Origin: Eledone cirrhosa
Taxonomy: Eukaryota
Direction of reading: 5' to 3'
NCBI GenBank assembly: GCA_964016885.1
Contig: OZ024747.1
Location: forward strand, 74,400,001 to 74,464,000
Length of the DNA stretch: 64,000 bases
Shown here: piece after piece, positions 55,849-64,000 of the stretch
Layout of the letters: every line of letters begins with the position of its first letter
Position numbering within the stretch: position 1 is the first letter of the stretch
Translations under genes and position numbers: made by a program
Notes under the pieces: generated by a model
Told to the model about the DNA's origin: nothing
Seen by the model: only the letters and a program-made list of their open reading frames with translations
The model's database searches: none

Positions 55849-56714
55849 TATTCACTGGAGTATTTGTATATTTATGTCAATTTGTCGAGTTGATCTGGAA
55901 ATGGTGTTGAATGTGGTAGGTTGAGTTTGTCCCATTGTCTCAGATTCGACAAAGGTATCCTATTGATGGCGTCGCCAGGATTTTTAAGGAGAGTCCTTCA
56001 TTAAGAGTTGAAGTGTTTCCTGGCCCATGTTAAGGATGTGGAAAATACTCAGTAATTCTGGATACTAGTGTTTGGAGTGATATCAGGTGTGGGTGTCTGT
56101 GTGTGTGTGTGTATGTGGCGTATGGTGAGTGTGGTATGTATGTGTATGTTCTGTGTGGTGAGTGTGGTATGTCTGTGTGTGTATTGTGTGGTGTGTGGTG
56201 TTGTGGTATGTCTGTGTGGGTGTGTGGTGAGTGTGGTATGTGTGTGTGTGTTGTGTGGTGTGTGGTGTTGTGGTGTTGTGGTATGTCTGCGTGTGTGTGT
56301 ATGTGTGTGTATTTGGTGTGTGCTGAGTGTGGTATGCCTGTGTGTATGTGTGTGCGCGTGTGCAGTGAGTGTGGTATGTCTGTGTGTATGTATATGTATG
56401 TGTGGTGTGTGTGTGTGTGTGTGTGTGTGTGTAACTGCGTTTTGCTATTGAAAGGAGGGAGATTGACATGTCTCCGCAAAAGGAAACATTTGATGCCTGT
56501 TTATGACCCGAGAGGAGACTTGTCGTGAAGTATCATGAAGTATGGAAATTGTAAGATATCTGGCTGGGAAAGTTATGGGAGAACAAAGAATGTATCATCT
56601 ACTTTAAAGTGAATGTTTAGATTGTTGTGATATGTAAGGTGTCTTGTAATTGATTAAAACAACCCATTATTTGATAATGTGAAACGTAAACACGAATGAC
56701 CCTCTCATGACATT

Positions 56715-56895
56715 AAAGGGAGATATTGGGGGAAATACATAACTAAATGGAGTTATTGGGGGAAATACAGAACTAAAGGGAGATATTGGGGGAAATACAG
56801 AACTAAAGGGAGATATTGGGGGAAATACAGAACTAAAGGGAGATATTGGGGGAAATACAGAACTAAAGGGAGATATTGGGGGAAATACAGAACTA
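56715..56895. repeat. Minisatellite, 30-bp unit x6
   Basis: Unit aaagggagatattgggggaaatacagaact. Confidence 0.93.
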
Positions 56896-56983
56896 TCCGG
56901 CGAAGATCTAGAGCAGTTAATGTTGGGTCGTGTGAGATGGAAAGGTTTTATCATGTCACAACAAGAAAGAAATTGATGGATTG

Positions 56984-57051
<68 letters not shown>

Positions 57052-57567
57052 TTATTACTTGATTGGTAATTATTTTACCTTCTCTGGATGATGGAAATTA
57101 AAATCGGTCACGCAGGAGTTTCAACTCGAGACAACGAAATAAAGTTTTAAGACACAATTATTAATGTTATATTGAAATTAGGATACATTTGCGGTTGTTT
57201 GGCCCCAGTATAAAACCGTTGACGAAAGGCTTTTAAACCGGAACCATCCTATACATTTGTATGTTCAATGTATCATATAAGACGGCGTGTTTTGAGGGAG
57301 AATTACGTATATATAGTAAGTAAATAACACGTGTCCAAGATACCAGGTAGTGGCGGAGGGTTTACTTATGATCTAATTATTACTAAGTAAACTTCTTATC
57401 CATTCGTTCATGTGACGTCCACAATGTTATGTATGTCTATGAATGGTCCCATATCACTTGAGGGAGTCGTAGGAGCGCCGTAGTGACTTGCGGCACTCCT
57501 AAGGTATTCTATTCGGCACTCTAACAACTCTGCCAATTTGTCGCTTTGCTCTTTTATCACTGTACTA

Positions 57568-57765
57568 CGAGGGTCGTCTGAAAAGTTCGTATGCTGACCA
57601 AGATACTCTCATGGAATGACCAAATAAGTTTTATTTTTAAGCACATTCTCTGGAAAGTAAAAATGCAGTTATTAGTAAGAAAAGTTGAAATTAATACATG
57701 CAAGATTTCACAGCTCTAGCATCGCTCCTTTATAGTCAGCCTATCAACTTCTCAGCCGAGCCTCG
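57568..57765 (+). mobile_element. Mariner-type MITE
   Basis: TA|cgagggtcgtctgaaaagttcgtatgctgac...gtcagcctatcaacttctcagccgagcctcg|TA. TIRs of ~30 bp and a TA target-site duplication. Confidence 0.85.
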
Positions 57766-60700
57766 TAAGGGATTTGATCGACTATACGTCTCCTGTAGAA
57801 ATGTGTGGCCTCAAGCCAATGTTTTAATTCAATTTTATGACATTTTCATTTCTAATATTGGAAGATAACCAGATCTTCAGAGAGTGAGAAATACGTCATT
57901 TAATGAACCCTTGTTTCTCACTGGTATTTATTTGTATAGTACAAAATACCGGTTGTACCAATATGTGGTCAGTTGATATGCTAGTAGTAGCAGGCAAGTT
58001 TACTTCAAATCTCATGCTGTCAGCTTTTGAAATAAGTAATATGCTTTCTGATTTAGGTAAAAGGCCTGCAATTTTGGATTGGCAGTAATCGATAAAGCAT
58101 CGGACAAACAGGTTTTGTGGCATATAGTTACGGCCCTTTGGGTTCTAAGTTCAAATCCCATCGAGGTTAGCTTTACCTTTCATCCTTACGGGATCGATAA
58201 AATGAAGCACATGTAAGGGACTGGGTTCGATTTAATAAACTTTCCCCTCCAGCAAAATGTTTGGCCTTGTGCCTAAATCAGAAACTGTTATCGGTGAAGT
58301 ATTTAACTTGACTATGATATATGTACTAAAACAATAGACATGAGTAAAATTGGTTGGGTTAATTTTCTTTGATATTTGTTGATATAATTCATGTTATCTG
58401 TGAGTTTAAAACCCATGGGTACTCTTATATTTTATACTCTAATTAGATGAATGTGTGGCAGAAACAGTGAAGTGCTGCAATGACAGCTCACTTTATATTC
58501 TGCTGGCGTGAAGGAAATTTTCCATATCCTTTCACATCCCCACCCCGTGATGAATTTACCATTTGTTCATGTATAGGAGATAAAATAAGTATCAGTTATG
58601 TAATGTAGTCGATTGAATGAACGACACCTTCTTAGAAAAAAATAGTTTTAGTCCATTTTCCAAAGTTATAAATATTATATATTCTATTCAGAATGATCGA
58701 TGTAGCGTCCGAGGTGATACTTGCCAGAAGCAAACTGGATGTTTATACTTCTCTCGTAGTCATCGTGTCGAGGTCAACCTGTCTTTTCATTCTTCCGGGA
58801 TCGATAAATTATTCACTATCATCTCCGCAAAAAGAAAAAAAAAGGTGGACTCGGGGAAATAGGTTGGATGATTTTGTGTGGTTATTTGGTATGCATACAC
58901 GGCATATCATTTATATGACTCACAGTTGTAAGCTCGAGTTCTGTCTAAGCTGTCTAGGACGACAACGTTCACCAAGCTATCGCTGATGATCAGCTTCATG
59001 CTAGTTGTGCAAATTCTTCCAATATGTTTTTATCTCAAGTACTCACTATAATTAATGTGGAAAGGAGGGTGGGGAGTAATCAGTTGATCAATATTCGACA
59101 GAAATATTTCCAAAATTCTCTGTATTTATATTTTCCATTCGGAAATCTCTTTTTCACTTTCTTTACATAGTCATATGGCTAATAACCGCCAATAAACGGG
59201 AAGAAGACGTGAACGTCAGGGCAACTAATTTATTCTTCCAAAATTCTGGGTTGGCCGTGTCGTTATGATAGGAATTTACATAATAATTGTTTCTACTTTT
59301 TGGCACAAAGCCAGCAATTACCCCCAGTGTATTACTGGTACTTTATGTTATCGACCCCGTAAGGATGAAAGGCAAAGTTAACCTCGGCGAATTTGTACTC
59401 AAAAGATCATAAAGGGACGTAACTCTACTGGAAAGCATGTCCGACCCTTAATAACTTATAGACAGTTGTGTATTGAACTACTGAATAGTATATCTAATAT
59501 ATCTGCTAATATATCTATCTATCTTTTATATTTCCTCATTCTGAGAGTGATGGAATTAATAGCAGTAATATATTGTTGGACGTTGACTAGACTACAGCCA
59601 TTTGTTTGCTAAATTAAACTCATATCTCGTAAAATGAAAGTATTAATGTACTATGAAAAGATATTTTGTTAGAACGTGAAAAGATATTCTCAAAAATATG
59701 GCTTCCACAACCATTCTGTAGCGTTGCTGTGGATTCTTATTAGAGTGTTGTTTTGTAAAGATTTTACTGAATATAGTCTCTGGTGAGGACAATTGATGGG
59801 GAAGCAAATGTAATGTTTCTGGTAAATACCGTAAAGATAATCCGGCATTACGAGAGGGTTTCGATTGCTAGTTGTATTCAATTAATTTCACAAACGTTTC
59901 TAGAGTTCTTGAAGAGTCACTTGATGTCTCATGGATTTATTTCTCTTTATATCGATAATATCGCAAAATATTTCAGAAACGTTGTTAATGCTGTTAAATA
60001 ATACTCAAGAGTCATAAGCGTACATATATCTCTCCCATAAAAAACATGAAGTATGGGGTGTAACTAAAATAAATCTCAGTATGTTCTGTAACAGAAAACA
60101 TTGCTTTATACACACAATGTTTCTGTAAAAAATTACAAAATATTTCAAAAGATTAAAAATGTAATTTTTACAAAATGCTTCTCAGAATAGGTATAACTTG
60201 TGTTTTGTGAGACATCAGTTCGAATTCAATTAAACAAAATTGAATTGTATGTTCCCATAACGTGTCGAAGTCATTTATTAATTCTAGGCGGCGATTTGGC
60301 AGTCGTTAGAACGTCGGATAGATTTCAAATCTCGCCGAGGTCAGCATTGTATTTCATCCATTCGAGGTCAATAAAAAATGTACCCAGCCAAGTACTTGGG
60401 TCGATTCTTCCTATATATCTCTTTCTCACTTCCATTCTCTCAGTCTCTATCATTCTCTGGAAGAAATCTGTTGTATTCAGACTTGGAGAGGTGATGGGCT
60501 CCACCAGGTTGTAAAATGCGCTACAAACGTCGTATGCCAATACGACGCCCCTATGATGCCCTCATGTGTTATGGGACCATTACGCTATTGTGTCTAAAGT
60601 TCTTCTGACTATTAACAGTAGCAAAGATAGTATATGCTTGCAGAATAATGTGTTACGAAGAAGCATACATTATGTAATAAATTTAGTACCAAGTATCAAA

Positions 60701-61697
60701 TACACAAAACCCTTTTACACACTGTCTTTAAAATAAATAGCTAAATATACTGCTATCGGAACGGAGTTGACTATCCACAGTGCGAGCTCCACCGTCCCCC
60801 GGGGCAATGTATTCTCAGTTTTATTGGCCGGGACCAAAAGGCAGAGGATAAGTTAGTTGGAGGTGGAGGGCACTCGTTCGGACGACCTGCATATATACAC
60901 TCTCAACACCTTGCATATTAATAAATAAACCATTAATAGATATGTAATATAAAATATTGCAGTCTTTCTCTTCAATGTAACTAATTTCTTTCTCTTGTAG
61001 TTAATTATTTTCGTTGTTATTAATGTTGTTATTGTTGTACCACAGAAAATTAGATTTTTACAAAAAATTCAGTTGGATCGACTAACTAAGTGGACGGGAG
61101 TCTTTTAGGAGGCATTCAAGAGTTTCAATCGATAATTTTCTTCAAATCAGGCTTTATTGCTTTATCAACTGCCAAATTTAGCCTAACAACTTCATAGTGT
61201 TCAGAAGCAGCAACCTGCCACTAATTTTGCTGGTCACGTCATTGATTCCAGCGCATTCTCTATCGACTCATTCATAAACTGTGTTTTTCAATTGCGCAAT
61301 ATTGTTCTGCGCTCCAGGGATAAATATATCTTGGAACGATTCCATATTTTCTCATTTCTTCATAGTCTGTGGTATATTTTTCATCCCCAGGATCATCTTT
61401 TTAAATTCAATCGTTGGTAGGACATAATCTGTTTTATTTTATCCTGTCAAACTTCTACTGGAGAAACGTTGTATGTATACATATATATATCAGATTTCGT
61501 GAAGTATATACGATAAATAAGGATGCAAGTAAACAGAAGAAAGTAATCATGAATATGAATTCTTAACTAGAGTCTGTTAAAGCTCTCATATAGTGAAGCA
61601 TTTATTGCAGTTTAATTGATAAAGCAAAGAAATAAGATATAACAATAATTTCCTCATCTTCGTATTATTAACTTCCTCATCTTCGTATTATTATTAT

Positions 61698-61900
61698 GGC
61701 AGTATCGGTAGAGCGTCAGACACCATACTGTGGAGCATGGAGTTATGGCCCCCTATGTTCTGAGTTCAAATCTCGCCGAGGTTAGCTTTGCCTTTCATCC
61801 TTACGGAGTCGATAAAATAAAGTACCAGTAATGCACTGGGTTGATTTAATCAACTTTTCCCACCCCACTCAAAGAGAAATTGCTGGCCTTGTGCCTAAAT
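61698..61900 (+). mobile_element. Family-1 SINE (further copies at ~5010-5145 -, 12015-12145 -, 28430-28570 -, 58078-58290 +, 59283-59450 -)
   Basis: Shared head, body and tail motifs. Confidence 0.85.
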
Positions 61901-62419
61901 TATTATTCGTCTTACTTTTCTTCTTCTTCCTCTGAGGGTCTTGAGGGTGGAGTCCTCAACCATCCTCCCAGCGAGTCCTATCAGAAGCAAATAGATTATA
62001 TATATAATACAGGAAGTTAATATACTACTTTATATCTATTATAAACGACTGCAGGGTGAGAACTTCACTTTCTTCAGCTTTATATAGGGATAAGGTTAAT
62101 ACTTGTCTAGAGTTTCGTGTAACGGTAAGTTTGATGTGGGTTTTCCATTACTAGAATATTTGATATATTTCGTCAACGAGGTAACCCGATTCAAGATGGT
62201 TACCAAGAATGTTCAAAGACAAAAACAGAAACCCACAAACCTTTTTAAAAAACATCTATAGCCCTGTATTTAGCACCGAATTCACTATGTTAAAAACCTT
62301 ATTCAATTACTTTTGTTTTATCCAAACAAAGTATAGATAAATTTGTGCTTTTAGTTTATATCGATGTTGTAGAAGAAAAAGAGGAACAAATAAATAGATA
62401 GATATATATATATATAGAG

Positions 62420-62486
<67 letters not shown>

Positions 62487-62559
62487 GGGGAGAGAGAGAG
62501 AGAGAAAGCATTGATGATATTGAGGTGCTGATTACTTGAGAGTTCTTGGATAATAAGTG

Positions 62560-63320
62560 AATTTGTGATATTGCAATGGAGGTCTAAGTAGGTTCTTTCA
62601 CCACAGGTACACATCCATAATGTCACATGTCGTTAAGAACATAATAACCGTAGCGTGATGGGGATAATAACCTTTTACACATACAATGAGCTGTTTCACG
62701 TAATCCTTTGCTATATAAACACCAATCTCCTTGAACGCACTCCCTATGTGAGTAGCTAAACACAGTACTACTATAAGTATCTGTAAATTGTTCAGCGCCT
62801 TAATTCCAAGGCTGGTGCAACTAAGTGCCATTGGTATTAACACTACAGAAACTATATATTCTTATAAAATAAGAGGAAATAATCGAACTAAAAAAATCCG
62901 AGGAAATTTATCCATTAATATGTTTGTCATATTCAAAAGTAGTTAACCTCAACACAACACTTTCAGCTAACACTTCTTGGACTACAATGGTTATTTCCTT
63001 CCAGAGAATTTTTAATAACATCTGAAAAGGCATTAGCACTGTGGCTGTTCAATTGACCTATTCTATATATTGTGTATATATAAAATATCAGTTTTTTCTT
63101 CTTTAGCAACTGTCGTGGAGAAAGTTAATATTTGTATTTCCATTATAATCATTGTTCTTCCATTAAACTGCATCACAAACGTCCTTGCGAAATTTTAGCT
63201 ACATTTCGCCTTCAATAACTAATTCAACCGTATACAGGACAGGTAGAAAAACTGAAATGAGATGGTCATGATTGGATCACCTCTGTTTATTGCTCCATTC
63301 AATGGGGGTTGTCATAAGAC
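62560..63320 (-). pseudogene. Highly decayed Tigger/pogo (CENP-B/Jerky-like) DDE transposase
   Basis: Frameshifted fragments QFN-EEQ*L*WK...TVAKEEKT, HSANAFS and LIPNGT*LHQPWN*G occur in the order of the pogo motifs FNADETGLFWK...SKEEK, CANASG and PPNTTSLLQPLDQG. Confidence 0.5.
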
Positions 63321-64000
63321 TAAAGAACAACTACAATATAGTAATAGCTGAAACGGACATTAATAATATCGTCCTCACTCAGTAATTATCAGACCTCAAT
63401 CTAAGATAGTGTTATAAGCATTGCCCGTCATGCTCACACTAGTGATTAAAAAAATATAATGAGAGCTACGACTTCTCATTTCCCGTTTCTCTCTGGCGAC
63501 ATCAAATTTATTGTTGTGGTAGGTGAAAGTTGAGTCAAATAATATTTTATTATCAAATAAGTCTGAGATGTTACTAGGTGAGGTAAAGGAAGTAATTCTT
63601 TTTCTCATTAAACATATCATTTATCATTCTTTCATTTATTAAACAGTTTATGTTGTCTGAATAACCAACACTAACTTGCAGAACTATTCTTATACTCTAC
63701 TTATCTTTATATTCATTGTGAATACCATTGTGGCTTATTGTACTTCATTTAAATATTAATAATTTACTGGTAGAATATTTTTCTAAAATAATCGAACGTT
63801 TATATAGAACATACTTTCTGATGAGGTTTTCATAAATCTCAGTCAATGTAAGATCGTTGATTACTGCACAACTTGTTGTGATGTCATTCAGAGGAAATGT
63901 ACACCAACCTACAGACTATTGTATAATAATCTAGTAATTTACCGACCCCTTAAGGATGAAATGTAGCCAAAAGTACCTAAGATCGCGCAGGGGATCAAAA

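Overview
AT-rich, microsatellite-dense eukaryotic intergenic or intronic DNA. The SINE families resemble those I recall from octopus (coleoid cephalopod) genomes; this is inferred, not searched. I found no host protein-coding exon, and almost all ORF-track entries are microsatellite artefacts. Real coding sequence is limited to four mobile elements: a nearly full-length but disrupted Penelope-like element (PLE; RT plus C-terminal GIY-YIG, minus strand, ~38.66-42.32 kb), a 5'-truncated Tx1/L1-clade LINE inside a (TATC)n tract (29.53-31.34 kb), and decayed hAT and Tigger/pogo transposases. There are also many tRNA-derived SINEs, four mariner-type MITEs and several minisatellites. The main unannotated signal is a set of short, non-coding, mutually divergent modules lodged in (TA)n tracts. 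Most carry a type I hammerhead ribozyme (about 5 with intact cores, plus several degenerate or split ones). Many are fold-back palindromes whose inversion point lies inside or beside the ribozyme. Their single-copy tails begin with a shared, covarying bulged hairpin, (T)ACTC-stem-loop-stem'-TT-GAGT. I interpret these as footprints of a Penelope/retrozyme-type system that targets (TA)n, with a candidate conserved cis-acting RNA element. All structures were folded by eye and coordinates read by hand.
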